Shown one piece after another: positions 45,994 to 56,517 of a stretch of 64,000 nucleotides of DNA. The number at the start of each line of letters is the position of its first letter. The stretch's first letter is position 1. Source of the DNA: Minisyncoccota bacterium (GTDB lineage: Bacteria; Patescibacteriota; Minisyncoccia; UBA6257; GWB1-50-10). Where the stretch lies: contig JBAZZD010000002.1 of assembly GCA_041659005.1 (NCBI GenBank), positions 25,817 through 89,816 of the forward strand, written 5' to 3'. Below the pieces are notes generated by a model. The model was not told the origin of the DNA. It saw only the letters and a program-made list of their open reading frames with translations, and did not search any database. Position numbers and translations under genes: made by a program.

Positions 45994-46422
45994 ATGGACG
46001 AGAAAAAATTTGATATATTAAAAACCGAGTTTTTATTAACTCAACAGCAAATGGACAAATATGATCAGTCCTCTACCACAATCAAAGCGTGGTCAGTCAC
46101 GCTATGGGTGGCAAGTTCTGGGTGGGCACTTCAATCAGGAAAACACGAATTGTTTCTATTAGGCATTGTTCTTGTACTTACTTTTTGGTTTTTTGACGGG
46201 ATTAACAAAACATTCAGAACAAATTATAAGAAGCGTAGGGATGAGGTTGCGGTGCTTTTGGCTAAGGTCTTCAAAGGAGAAGAAATTTCTTCTGATGTTG
46301 TTTCTCCAAGTCTTCCAAAATACGACCTAAGCCATGTGTTTTCTTATTCATTTACTCCGCACATTGCTCTTCCCTATATAGTGTTTCTCGTGCTTTCATT
46401 AGTATTCTTTTTTATTAATTAA
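45994..46422 (+). CDS. Hypothetical membrane protein
   Basis: S..IKAWSVT, FWFFDG; three TM. Confidence 0.7.
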   Translation: MDEKKFDILKTEFLLTQQQMDKYDQSSTTIKAWSVTLWVASSGWALQSGKHELFLLGIVLVLTFWFFDGINKTFRTNYKKRRDEVAVLLAKVFKGEEISSDVVSPSLPKYDLSHVFSYSFTPHIALPYIVFLVLSLVFFFIN

Positions 46423-46500
46423 TTTTAGAGGAAATTGACCTTACTACATATACGGTGGTATAGTATCGTCAGTTTTTTACAAATTAATCTGGAGATATAA

Positions 46501-46701
46501 ATGAAAAATATTATGCTTTTTTTCATGTTTTGGGCCCTTTTTGTGTTTTTTGTTCTCTTTGTACATCTTTTTGATGTTAATGAAGTCATAAAGTGCCCAC
46601 TTATTACTTTTGATGTAATATTTTCACTTCTCGCCGCGTTTTTTTTCTTTAAGCTTTTTTCAGAAAAGTTAAGGAAACGTAATGTAACCAAAGCGCTATA
46701 G
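46501..46701 (+). CDS. Small two-TM protein
   Basis: TTGACC-18-TATAGT, GGAG RBS. Confidence 0.5.
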   Translation: MKNIMLFFMFWALFVFFVLFVHLFDVNEVIKCPLITFDVIFSLLAAFFFFKLFSEKLRKRNVTKAL

Positions 46702-46774
46702 TGGTACACTAAATAGTAGAGAAAGAATTAAAAAAATAAACCCTCGATGTCATTCGAGATTAAGGAGTTCTAAA

Positions 46775-47212
46775 TTGAAACGATACTTTCTTTTTTTATT
46801 TTCTCTTCTCTTCTTGAGTGGGTGTTACACCCAAATTCAAAAAGAAACAAGAGAATATTCACATGAATCGACCGTCGTTGATTCTGCGCGAGGAATTAAT
46901 CCTCATATATTAATATTAAGGAACGATCCGTATCTATTCCCTTACTATCAGTATCCATTTTGGAGGGAAAACTGGTATCCTTTTGGGTTATATTGGGATA
47001 TGCATCACCGGTTTGGTTTCTGGGATTATCGTTATAATCGACCATGGATACACTATCCACCAAAATGGAAGAATCCGATTTTATCAAAATCCCGTCCGTC
47101 TATTCGAATACGAAACGATTCTTCCGGAGAACGAGGAACTGACCGAAATAAAAATAGGGATCTTCCCTCAAGAGAAAAAGATAGGTCAAAAAAAGATTCT
47201 CCACGGAAATAA
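46775..47212 (+). CDS. Putative lipoprotein with aromatic-rich middle and Arg/Ser tail
   Basis: Lipobox LSG-C followed by YTQ; AAGGAG before TTG. Confidence 0.65.
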   Translation: MKRYFLFLFSLLFLSGCYTQIQKETREYSHESTVVDSARGINPHILILRNDPYLFPYYQYPFWRENWYPFGLYWDMHHRFGFWDYRYNRPWIHYPPKWKNPILSKSRPSIRIRNDSSGERGTDRNKNRDLPSREKDRSKKDSPRK

Positions 47213-47341
47213 ACGTGATATGAACGAAAGCGTTAAATAAACCCGTCCTCATTTTGGACGGTTTTTTTTATTTATATATATGTGTGTACTTCTTAATATT
47301 CGCTCGCTAGACATGGTTGCCGTTTCTTGTATGTTTTTGGT

Positions 47342-48565
47342 TTATTCAAATCTCAATGCCTCAATTGGATTGAGTTTTGCGGCGCGACTTGCGGGATAGT
47401 ATCCAAAGATTATTCCAATTGCTGCAGAAATACCAAATGCAAACAAAACAGAATTCAGAGAAACTTTTGTTTGCATAATACCAAAATACGAAACACCATA
47501 TGCAACGAGCCACCCCAGAATTACCCCAATAATTCCTCCAACAAATGTTAGTGCAATTGATTCTACTAAAAATTGAAAACTAATATCGGCACGTTTTGCT
47601 CCAATTGCTTTTCGAAGTCCAATTTCACGCGTTCGTTCAGTTACGGTAGTAAGCATCATATTCATGATTCCAATACCACCAACAACAAGCGAGATTCCTG
47701 CGATAGCCCCCAAGAGAATAGTAAGTGTGCCAGTAATACTTGAGGCTGTTGCCACAATATCGCTTTGATTCATTGTGCTAAAATCGGCGAGCGTTGGATC
47801 TGAAATATGGTGTCGTTCTAAAAGTAGCGTGGTAATTTGCGACTGTACATCACTCATTACATCAGGTGATTCTGCTTTTACACTTATTGTTGATACGTAA
47901 TCATCTCCCGCAAGGAATTTTTGTGCGGACGATAGTGGAATAAAAATCATATCATCTTGACTTCCAAAACCACCGCTTCCTTTTGCTTTAGTTATTCCAA
48001 CGACTTTAAATTCAATTTGTTTTATTCTAATTGTTTGTCCAATTGGATCCACTCCTTCTCCAAATAAGTCGTCTCTAGTAGTTGGTCCAATTACTGCGAT
48101 TTTTGCTAAGCTTCGAATATTTTGGTCGGTGATAAATGATCCGTTATCAAGTTCTATATTTCGCACATCTGGATAATTTGTGACCGTACCAACAACTTGT
48201 GTGTTTGTATTTGTTCCTTTTCCTGTTATCTGATATCTACCAGAAAGTTCAGCGGCAGTTGAACTAATTCCAGTTACCGTATTTATAATTGCATCTGCAT
48301 CGCTTTGAACAAGAGTTCGTGCAGATCCGCGTCCTTGACTTACCTGAACTCCAACGCCACGTTGTGCTCCTGGTGTTACCAAAATGAGATTTGAACCAAT
48401 TGATTGGATATTTGATTCAATAGTATTTTGTGCTCCCTGCCCAATTGAAACCATTGCGATAACTGAAGCAATTCCAATTACAATACCAAGCATGGTAAGT
48501 CCTGAACGTGCTTTGTTTCCAGTGATTGCCTCATATGTTTCTTCTAGTGTATCAGCAAGTTTCAT
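47342..48565 (-). CDS. MacB/FtsX-like ABC permease
   Basis: RS.LTMLGIVIGIASV, GGIGIMN.ML..V.ERTREIG.RKAIGA, PIEALR. Confidence 0.95.
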   Translation of the reverse strand: MKLADTLEETYEAITGNKARSGLTMLGIVIGIASVIAMVSIGQGAQNTIESNIQSIGSNLILVTPGAQRGVGVQVSQGRGSARTLVQSDADAIINTVTGISSTAAELSGRYQITGKGTNTNTQVVGTVTNYPDVRNIELDNGSFITDQNIRSLAKIAVIGPTTRDDLFGEGVDPIGQTIRIKQIEFKVVGITKAKGSGGFGSQDDMIFIPLSSAQKFLAGDDYVSTISVKAESPDVMSDVQSQITTLLLERHHISDPTLADFSTMNQSDIVATASSITGTLTILLGAIAGISLVVGGIGIMNMMLTTVTERTREIGLRKAIGAKRADISFQFLVESIALTFVGGIIGVILGWLVAYGVSYFGIMQTKVSLNSVLFAFGISAAIGIIFGYYPASRAAKLNPIEALRFE

Positions 48566-49284
48566 ATTGTTTCTTTTATTGCGTGGTGTGCCATTCGACG
48601 AGTATGATTTTTTTTGTCTTCTACAATTAGACCATCACGTATGTGAATGATTCGTTCAGCATGTTCTGCAACATCTGTTTCATGTGTTATAAGAATAATG
48701 GTTCTTCCCTTTTCTTTATTCAGTTTTTGGAATGTTCCTAATACAATTTCTCCCGTTTTTGTATCAAGATTTCCCGTTGGTTCATCTGCTAATATAAGCG
48801 ATGGATTGTTTACTAATGCTCGCGCAATTGCAACACGTTGAATTTGTCCTCCTGAAAGCTGATTTGAACGATGAAAGAAGTGCGTTTCTTCAAGACCAGC
48901 ACTTTTTAACGCCTCTCGTGCTCTTTGTTCGCGTTCGTGCGCACTTATTCCCGCATACATTAGTGGAAGCATACAATTTCGCAACACGGTCGCGCGAGGT
49001 AAAAGGTTGAATGCTTGAAATACAAAACCAATCTTGTTTTTTCTAATATCGGCGAGCTCATCATCAGAAAAGCGAGATACATCATGATTATCAAGAAAAT
49101 ATGATCCGCTTGTTGGCGTATCAAGCGCGCCCAAAATATGCATTAACGTTGATTTCCCCGATCCTGATGGTCCCATGATTGCAACAAACTCTCCATCGTG
49201 AATTTTGAAACTTACTCCATTTAGCGCGATAGTTTCAATGTCCGCAGTTTTATAAATTTTTTTTACATCAAGAATTTCTATCAT
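48562..49284 (-). CDS. ABC transporter ATP-binding protein (MacB/LolD type)
   Basis: GPSGSGKST, LSGGQ.QR, LADEPTGNLD, ITH. Confidence 0.96.
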   Translation of the reverse strand: MIEILDVKKIYKTADIETIALNGVSFKIHDGEFVAIMGPSGSGKSTLMHILGALDTPTSGSYFLDNHDVSRFSDDELADIRKNKIGFVFQAFNLLPRATVLRNCMLPLMYAGISAHEREQRAREALKSAGLEETHFFHRSNQLSGGQIQRVAIARALVNNPSLILADEPTGNLDTKTGEIVLGTFQKLNKEKGRTIILITHETDVAEHAERIIHIRDGLIVEDKKNHTRRMAHHAIKETI

Positions 49285-49285
49285 T

Positions 49286-51058
49286 TTAATGTGGTATTGC
49301 CGATCGTGTTCCGCCGCCACCAAACAAACTTGGGGTTGTTGATTTAGTTGCTGCGGTAGTTGCCGAGATTGTACGCACAACAACATGTTCGCCCTCCGTA
49401 AGACCGGAAATTATTTCTGTATAACTGTCGCTTGCAATCCCTGTTTCAATTGTTTTTTCTGTTGGTATTTCTTTTGTCGTAAATCCAGTAGATGCGGTGC
49501 CATTCGTTGGAATGACGGAAAATACTTGAACATAATTTGTATTCCCTTGTGTTTTTATTGCGCTATCAGGAATTGCAAGTACGTCTTGTTTCATATCAAT
49601 AATAATTGAAGCACTTACACTCATTCCTGATTTTATGCGATTGTCCTGTGTGTCAAAACTTATTTTTACCGCATATGATACTACGCCCTGAGAAACAGCA
49701 CCGAGTGCATCAACTGAAGCAACTACCCCAGAGATACTCAAATCAGGAACGGCGTCAAAGGTAAGGGTCGCTTTTTGCCCATTTTTAATTTTTGCAGCAT
49801 CAATCTCATTTAAGGAAATTTCCGCAATTTTTTGTTTTGTTATTAGCGACCCAAAAACTGTTCCTGAACTTACTGAGTCGCCATTTTCAATATCAACACT
49901 CGCAATTACTCCGTCAAACGGAGCTCTAACTGTATAATCGAGAAGTTCATCTTTTAAATCTGCAAGCGTATCCCTCTTTTTTTGGACTGAATTTCTTTCT
50001 GACTGTAGAGAAAGTGGGTCATTACCCTTTTCATTGTTGATTTTATAAACAGCTATCCCCTGTTCAGTTTCTAATATTGTATCTTTTAGATTTTTAACGG
50101 TGCGATCTTGTGTGGATAATGCGGAAACTTGCGTATTAGCAATCCCAATTTTGCTTGCAAGAGTCGTTTGGGTGGTTGAAATATATGAATTTAGTCTAAT
50201 ATCTTTTTGTTCTGCAATATCAAGAACTGTATCGATAAGATTTTTTTCGCTTTTTAATGCTTGTGTAATTGCAACTGCCGCATCAGAAGAATCTAATAAA
50301 ACATTTTCTATCTCTTCATTGTTTGAGTACATTGTGAGTACTTTAAATTTGGAAATAGAAGTATCATATTTTTCTCTTGCGATTGCATAATCACGTTTCG
50401 CGATTTCTGCAAAAGAAGTGATTTTGTCTTTGTCGTCCTGGTTATTAAATGGATTGCGATATGCATCAACATTCCATTGTCCACCTTGACTCAGATCTGT
50501 TCCATGAAGAACATTTTCTGCCGTTGTCATTACTGATGGAAGATTGAGAAACGCATTTGAAATAGTTATAAATGAATCGTCATATGCATTCTCAAGACTT
50601 TCTTTTGAGTCTTGTAGTGTTTTTAATTTTTTACTGTAATCGATTGGTGCTTGTGCGGTATCTTGTTCTAACGAATATTCTGCTTCTCGAAGTGCAGATT
50701 CTGCATCACGAATGCTTTTTTGTGCTGTTGTTGAATCAATTGAAAAAAGTGCCTGACCCTTTTTAACCTCAATGCCAGCTCCAACGCCTATCCAAGTAAC
50801 ATCTCCAGAAACTTTTGGTTTAATTTCAACTTGATTTTTTGCTGAAACCTGACCGCTTCCGCTTACAGTAACCATGATGGTTTGCTTAGATACGTTTGCA
50901 GTTACATATTTTGTTGGCACTATTGCGGGTGAAAAACCACCAAAAATCCAATAGATAACAACAAAAAGAACTATCAGAATGATGGCTGATAGTAATTTAT
51001 GTAATTTTATATACGAAAGGACGCGACGAGAACGATTTAATTTATGTTCGCTTTTCAT
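49286..51058 (-). CDS. Efflux adaptor (MacA/HlyD-like) with long coiled coil
   Basis: SGSGQV, V.G.V, APFDGV, GMS..A.I, GL..G..VV. Confidence 0.9.
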   Translation of the reverse strand: MKSEHKLNRSRRVLSYIKLHKLLSAIILIVLFVVIYWIFGGFSPAIVPTKYVTANVSKQTIMVTVSGSGQVSAKNQVEIKPKVSGDVTWIGVGAGIEVKKGQALFSIDSTTAQKSIRDAESALREAEYSLEQDTAQAPIDYSKKLKTLQDSKESLENAYDDSFITISNAFLNLPSVMTTAENVLHGTDLSQGGQWNVDAYRNPFNNQDDKDKITSFAEIAKRDYAIAREKYDTSISKFKVLTMYSNNEEIENVLLDSSDAAVAITQALKSEKNLIDTVLDIAEQKDIRLNSYISTTQTTLASKIGIANTQVSALSTQDRTVKNLKDTILETEQGIAVYKINNEKGNDPLSLQSERNSVQKKRDTLADLKDELLDYTVRAPFDGVIASVDIENGDSVSSGTVFGSLITKQKIAEISLNEIDAAKIKNGQKATLTFDAVPDLSISGVVASVDALGAVSQGVVSYAVKISFDTQDNRIKSGMSVSASIIIDMKQDVLAIPDSAIKTQGNTNYVQVFSVIPTNGTASTGFTTKEIPTEKTIETGIASDSYTEIISGLTEGEHVVVRTISATTAATKSTTPSLFGGGGTRSAIPH

Positions 51059-51146
51059 AAAGATAGAACTATATATATAATACACGAAACATTATAAATA
51101 TATTACAGAACTTTATCCCACTCGAAGAATGCCTTATACTGACTAC

Positions 51147-51941
51147 ATGAAATGGCCAACGACACTCATCTTTGTTCGTCACGGAGAATCAGCGTTTAAT
51201 GCACTAAAAATAAAGAAGCAGCACATTGAGCATTATGAGGAATTTAGAAAATTATTTAGTAATGAATTTTCAGTTGCCACAACACCCGATTGGCCAAGTA
51301 AAAAATTAACCGATATGGCGAATGAGATATGGGATGAGTGCAGGCTAGATCAAAATGACTATGATACTCCCCTTACTGACATGGGACGCGCGCAGGCACG
51401 AACAACAGGAGAACAACTTTCAAAACAGTCGTATATTCCCGATGTTGTGTTTGTCTCTCCTTATTTACGAACACGTCAGACATTGGAAGAAATTCAGAAG
51501 GGTTGGCCGGCACTTAGAGATGTACGCGTAGTTTCCGAAGAACGAATTCGAGAACAAGAACATGGACTTTCAACGCTCTATAATGATCGAAGTGTTTATT
51601 TTACACTGAATCCGCTTCAAGGACTTTTATACAAACTTGAAGGAGATTATGGATATCGATATCCCAATGGAGAAAATAAAGCAGATGTGCGAGATAGAGT
51701 ACGAAGTTCTTTAAGTACCACTGCGCGTGAATATTCTGAAAAAATAGTACTTTCAATTTCACATCACCTTACCCTTTTGTCTCTACGCGCGAATCTTGAG
51801 CGATGGGACAGAGAGCAGTTTATGAAGGTTGATTATGAAGATTTTCCAATAAACTGTGGGGTGACTATTTATAAAGGGAATCCGCAGAAGGGACAGAGTG
51901 GACGACTTGAACTTGAGTCATACAATCAAAAGCTTTACTAA
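51147..51941 (+). CDS. Histidine phosphatase (phosphoglycerate mutase family)
   Basis: RHGES, LT..G..QA, SPY.RT.QT, SH. Confidence 0.92.
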   Translation: MKWPTTLIFVRHGESAFNALKIKKQHIEHYEEFRKLFSNEFSVATTPDWPSKKLTDMANEIWDECRLDQNDYDTPLTDMGRAQARTTGEQLSKQSYIPDVVFVSPYLRTRQTLEEIQKGWPALRDVRVVSEERIREQEHGLSTLYNDRSVYFTLNPLQGLLYKLEGDYGYRYPNGENKADVRDRVRSSLSTTAREYSEKIVLSISHHLTLLSLRANLERWDREQFMKVDYEDFPINCGVTIYKGNPQKGQSGRLELESYNQKLY

Positions 51942-51952
51942 TAATTTACTAT

Positions 51953-53059
51953 ATGCGGTATCTATTTATTATTGTTTTATTGCTTATACAAATAATTCTT
52001 TTTGGTGCACATTATATTTTGTATCGTGGAATTATTGATATTTTTATAATAAAAAATACTAATATATTATTTACACTTAAAATACTATTGGGGTTACTTT
52101 CTGTTAGTTTCCTGATCGCATCGCTTGTCGGCTCAAAAATATACTCTTCATTTACTGAAACATTTTACACTGGAGCTGCTACATGGCTTGGATTATTGTT
52201 ATATCTATTTGTTGCTTCAGCAATATTCTTTTCTGTCCGATTTGGTTTTGGAAACATTTTTTCAATAACAATCATTCACGGAATAGGAACGATACTTCTT
52301 TTTATCGGACTTGGTGCGGGAGTGTATGGATTATATAATGCTCGCACTATACAAATATCAGAAATTACCCCAGCAATAAAAAATCTTCCTGATGCATGGA
52401 GGGGAAAAACTGCTGTATGGATAAGCGACATTCATATCGGGCAGGTATATTCGACATCATTTAGCAAGAAAATTGCGGAAAAGATTCAATCGCTTAATCC
52501 TAATATCGTTTTTTTAGGTGGAGATGTTTTTGATGGAACTGCTGGAAATTTAAAAGAAGCAGTAACTCCACTTGCGAATATAAAAAGTAAATACGGAACC
52601 TATTTTATTAGTGGAAATCATGAGGAATTTTCTGCAGATGATTCATTCATTAATGTGGTAAAAGAAAGTGGTATAACGGTATTAAAAAATGAGTCGCTTG
52701 TTATTGATGGGGTAAATATTGTCGGTGTAGATTATCGAGATTCAGAAAATAGGGACACATTTACTACTACACTGAAAAGACTCATAAAACCTGAACTTCC
52801 AACAATTCTCTTAAAACATGCACCGACAAATCTAGATATTGCGTCTGATGCGCATGTTGCATTTCAAATATCGGGACACACGCATGTTGCACAGGTGTTT
52901 CCATTTATGTACATAACAAAAATGGTATATGGGATATATGAATATGGACTACATCCTTATAATGATATGAGTGTATATACATCAAGTGGCGTTGGAACGT
53001 GGGGCCCCCCTCTTCGCGTAGGCACAAAATCAGAAATTGTAAAAATATTATTTCAATAA
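51953..53059 (+). CDS. Membrane metallophosphoesterase (YkuE-like)
   Basis: SDIH, GD..D, GNHE, H.P, SGHTH. Confidence 0.93.
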   Translation: MRYLFIIVLLLIQIILFGAHYILYRGIIDIFIIKNTNILFTLKILLGLLSVSFLIASLVGSKIYSSFTETFYTGAATWLGLLLYLFVASAIFFSVRFGFGNIFSITIIHGIGTILLFIGLGAGVYGLYNARTIQISEITPAIKNLPDAWRGKTAVWISDIHIGQVYSTSFSKKIAEKIQSLNPNIVFLGGDVFDGTAGNLKEAVTPLANIKSKYGTYFISGNHEEFSADDSFINVVKESGITVLKNESLVIDGVNIVGVDYRDSENRDTFTTTLKRLIKPELPTILLKHAPTNLDIASDAHVAFQISGHTHVAQVFPFMYITKMVYGIYEYGLHPYNDMSVYTSSGVGTWGPPLRVGTKSEIVKILFQ

Positions 53060-53086
53060 TTATTAACGTTATCTTATAATAAAAAT

Positions 53087-53824
53087 ATGAACAAAACAGC
53101 GGTTATTGTTGCTATTGTAGCGCTTATGGCTGCTCTAGGACTTACGGGATATAAGATCGTGAAAGACACTGGCGCGCCAGTCCCTTATGCGGTTGATACG
53201 GATTTGCAGATGGTTTCCAATGTTATTGATGGGGACACGTTCACAATTTTAGATGGCCCCAAAATTAGACTTATTGGTATTGATGCTCCAGACGAAAAAG
53301 AGTGTTATTTTGCGAGTTCAACGGAATATCTTAAATCGCTAATTGAAAACAAGAAAATAAAACTTGAAAAAGATATTTCAGGAACGGATGAGTATGGACG
53401 ATTGCTTCGATATGCTATATTCCCCAATCCTGATGTAACAGAAGACAGTATCTTGATAAACGAAAGAATGGTTCGTGAGGGATATGCGGTGCGACAACAG
53501 GAATCGCCCGACAATCGATATCGTGATTTATTTGCAACTGCCGAGGCAGAAGCAAAGAAACTTGGAAAAGGACTTTGGAGTGCGTGCAAGGCTGCATCAA
53601 CAACTCCGGCAAATGAGGAACGAGAAATTGATCTTGGTCCCCCATTTCCTGAATGTATAGTAAAGGGAAATATTTCAGAAAAAGGATATGGAAAAACCTA
53701 CTTAGTTCCTGGGTGTGACAATTACGAAAAGACAAAAATTGATGAGCGGAAAGGAGAGCAGTATTTTTGTTTTGAAGACGATGCCATTGAGGCGGGATTT
53801 AGGAAGGCAGAGAATTGTCCATAA
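53087..53824 (+). CDS. Thermonuclease (SNase) family protein
   Basis: VIDGDT, RLIGIDAPD, D.YGRLLRY, GLW; C-terminal C.VKGNI...FC..A..AGFR. Confidence 0.92.
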   Translation: MNKTAVIVAIVALMAALGLTGYKIVKDTGAPVPYAVDTDLQMVSNVIDGDTFTILDGPKIRLIGIDAPDEKECYFASSTEYLKSLIENKKIKLEKDISGTDEYGRLLRYAIFPNPDVTEDSILINERMVREGYAVRQQESPDNRYRDLFATAEAEAKKLGKGLWSACKAASTTPANEEREIDLGPPFPECIVKGNISEKGYGKTYLVPGCDNYEKTKIDERKGEQYFCFEDDAIEAGFRKAENCP

Positions 53825-53964
53825 GGACAGTTAATTTCGAATGATGAATTTTGAATTTCTAATTAAAAAGATATGCATCCAAATAAGAACAGGAATTGCA
53901 GATGCAATAGTTGCTGTTTGTGACCAATTTTCAAAAAATTGAAAATAAAACCCCCATTTGGGGG

Positions 53965-54417
53965 TTATTTAATTTTTGCAACCAAAGTAGTGTCATAAAA
54001 TTCAACCGGTGCATTATCGTATTTCCTGACAGCATTTTCGCCATTGTGAAGTGGTTCTATTTTTACAAAGGTCCAGCGCGAATTGAGAAACCTGTCACTG
54101 TCGGAATTATCTACCGGCATCGGACAAGAGATGAATTCATCTCCAATATTTAAATCTCTAAATGTCAGTTTGACATCTGAATCAACGACAAGTGTTAAAT
54201 GATGTTTTTCCAAAAAACTTTTTAAAAATAGATAAAATGCAGCCTTTTTTTCTTGTATTAACTCAAGACGAAAGCCATTATCTGATGCATACGAAATCTT
54301 TTTCACACAAACAGACGGAGATTCGTTTAGGGATTTTCGAAAGTCAATAACATACTCATACGGAACTTGCAAATAAATGCATATATTCTCGGATACGATT
54401 TTTACTGATTCAGCCAT
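53965..54417 (-). CDS. Hypothetical protein
   Basis: TTGCTA-17-TAAGGT, AAAAAGGAG, terminator about 53948-53966. Confidence 0.65.
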   Translation of the reverse strand: MAESVKIVSENICIYLQVPYEYVIDFRKSLNESPSVCVKKISYASDNGFRLELIQEKKAAFYLFLKSFLEKHHLTLVVDSDVKLTFRDLNIGDEFISCPMPVDNSDSDRFLNSRWTFVKIEPLHNGENAVRKYDNAPVEFYDTTLVAKIK

Positions 54418-54840
54418 TTTCGGCTCCTTTTTATTTTTGTAAATGAATAAACATACCTTACAATAAATTTCATTCAATAGCAAACAAGCGAGAGAGCAAT
54501 AAAAAGCCGGCTCGATATGAGCCGGGGAAGAAATAAACAATTTATAAGTTTAATCACCACTGTTGATTTTCACTCATCATTATTTATTGGAGGAAAAATC
54601 TCAAATAAGGGCTTATCCGACTACCATTGGATATTGGTTCGGAATTTCCACTTTACACACAAGGTGTTGGATATTTTAATCCTTGTGTGCGTGGTATGTT
54701 TTTTTATTCCACTTTGAGATCTTTATATGCACGGTTCGCAAGTAGTGCAAGGAACTATAAGTAGTGTAGCAAAAGAAATTTGACATGGCAAATATACGGA
54801 ATATCCTGTACGTAGAACATAAACATTAAGAGGATTTATC

Positions 54841-55371
54841 ATGAAAGCGAAAAATATTATAGTGGTCAGAATTTCAGAACTTGAGAAAGAAAGGACTACT
54901 GCCGAAAGAGAGCTAGAAAAAGAGAGGGCACTTATTTTTAATGACATGGTTGAAAGCTTTAATTGTGAAATTACAAGCACTAAACTTCTTGAACAAAAAA
55001 TAGAAAGAATTAATCGTGCACTTGCAATTCTCTATGAAGTTCGAGATGAAAATTTTGTTATTTCAGATTTGCAGGAAAAAACGCTTGCAGAGCAAATCAG
55101 TCAGATAAAAAATAAAATATCTGAGTTGTTCGCCAACCTTGCTGATCTTGCAGTAATAAAAAACACGAATTCATTTGCCCACTCATTAATTAAAAATGGA
55201 TTTAGTAACGATGAGCAATATGATCCCACGGTGTGCATTTGCGATTGTCACGTAATAACCAAAGAAGAGAAGAAACACGAGAGCGCGATCCCGTGTTGTA
55301 CTGTTTGTTTGCGGTGCGGAAAGAACATCAATCTTGGCCTCATGGAAGCGCATGAGAAAATATGCAATTAA
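54841..55371 (+). CDS. Coiled-coil protein with C-terminal Cys/His cluster
   Basis: C.C.CH...H...CC..C..C...H...C; TTGACA promoter, GAGG. Confidence 0.7.
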   Translation: MKAKNIIVVRISELEKERTTAERELEKERALIFNDMVESFNCEITSTKLLEQKIERINRALAILYEVRDENFVISDLQEKTLAEQISQIKNKISELFANLADLAVIKNTNSFAHSLIKNGFSNDEQYDPTVCICDCHVITKEEKKHESAIPCCTVCLRCGKNINLGLMEAHEKICN

Positions 55372-55395
55372 ATTGTCCCCACAGATGTGGGGATT

Positions 55396-55476
55396 TTATT
55401 TTAAAAAAAATGCAGCGATACCAACTATAAGAATGAATATACACACACCGATAAATATCTTTCCAAGTGATCTCAT
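55396..55476 (-). CDS. 26-aa single-TM microprotein (not in ORF track)
   Basis: MRSLGKIFIGVCIFILIVGIAAFFLK; starts 4 nt after previous stop. Confidence 0.4.
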   Translation of the reverse strand: MRSLGKIFIGVCIFILIVGIAAFFLK

Positions 55477-55480
55477 TTGA

Positions 55481-55624
55481 TTAGGGTTTTTTCGATTTGA
55501 ACCAATATGCGACGATAAAAAATATAACAATCCACACTAACCAAAAATAGAGATTCCATTCTATTAGTGCAACCGCAAAGAGAAGTAAAATAGTAATTAT
55601 TAAAAGAATAACGTCTTTTTTCAT
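55481..55624 (-). CDS. 47-aa two-TM microprotein (not in ORF track)
   Basis: MKKDVILLIITILLLFAVALIEWNLYFWLVWIVIFFIVAYWFKSKKP; ATGA overlap with upstream gene. Confidence 0.5.
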   Translation of the reverse strand: MKKDVILLIITILLLFAVALIEWNLYFWLVWIVIFFIVAYWFKSKKP

Positions 55625-56496
55625 TTAGAAGCTCTTACTTGTTTATTGGGTTCTTTAAATCGATACAACGCATTGGAAATTGTGAATGAAGCATTATCAT
55701 TCCAATATTGTTGGTTTACCCCAATTTTTTCTTTTAGTTTTTCTTTTGCCCATAGGCGGATAGCATCATATTTTTTTGCGATCTCAATTCTTTCATTTCG
55801 CCTCGCAAATGAACCAAAGACATTCCCCTGTTCTATAAATTTCTCCAATATCTGAATTCGTAACGGATGTTTTGCAAGTTTTTCCATATTTTTTTCCATC
55901 CATAGTTCATTTAATTCTTGTACAGTTTTTACATCTGCAGCAATTATGATTCTTGGAATATCTTTTATTCCAACTTTCCCTGTTTCCTCATCAAGAAAAT
56001 ATTTAACTTCTGGAAGATGATCTGAAACAATATCATTGTGAATTCGTTCCATTTTCTTTTCGATTCCCTCATTTAATGGCCCACCACCAACAGAAAGAAT
56101 ATCAATTGCAAGCGTCATTTCTTCCTTTGTTTCAGGATTAATAACGCGTAACACTTCATCTATTCCGTGCGCAATGTCGTCAAACTCATTTGTTTTTATT
56201 GCTTGAAGACCATCTATCCAATCTCCTTTTTTGAAACGCATATGTGTAATCGCTTCTAAAATAGTTGCACAGTTAGATCCGTATTCGTCTATTTTGTTTT
56301 TTTCAAATTTTTCTTTGCGATTTGCAACATATGCCTTATCTGCATGGATATTTTCAGAACCAAAAAAAGATTCAAACTTTTCAAAAGGAACCTCTTCTTT
56401 TTTTATCACATTTTTTGCTCGTGTTACTCCTTGCTCAAACGAAATTTTGTTCAAAGACGGCAAGTTAAAATCGTTTCCACCAAAATTTCCTCTCAT
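55621..56496 (-). CDS. Hypothetical protein, possible restriction-endonuclease-like fold
   Basis: LEAI, T.EFDD..HGID.V, LAID. Confidence 0.6.
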   Translation of the reverse strand: MRGNFGGNDFNLPSLNKISFEQGVTRAKNVIKKEEVPFEKFESFFGSENIHADKAYVANRKEKFEKNKIDEYGSNCATILEAITHMRFKKGDWIDGLQAIKTNEFDDIAHGIDEVLRVINPETKEEMTLAIDILSVGGGPLNEGIEKKMERIHNDIVSDHLPEVKYFLDEETGKVGIKDIPRIIIAADVKTVQELNELWMEKNMEKLAKHPLRIQILEKFIEQGNVFGSFARRNERIEIAKKYDAIRLWAKEKLKEKIGVNQQYWNDNASFTISNALYRFKEPNKQVRASK

Positions 56497-56517
56497 GTTT
56501 TTAGCATACTTAATTTT

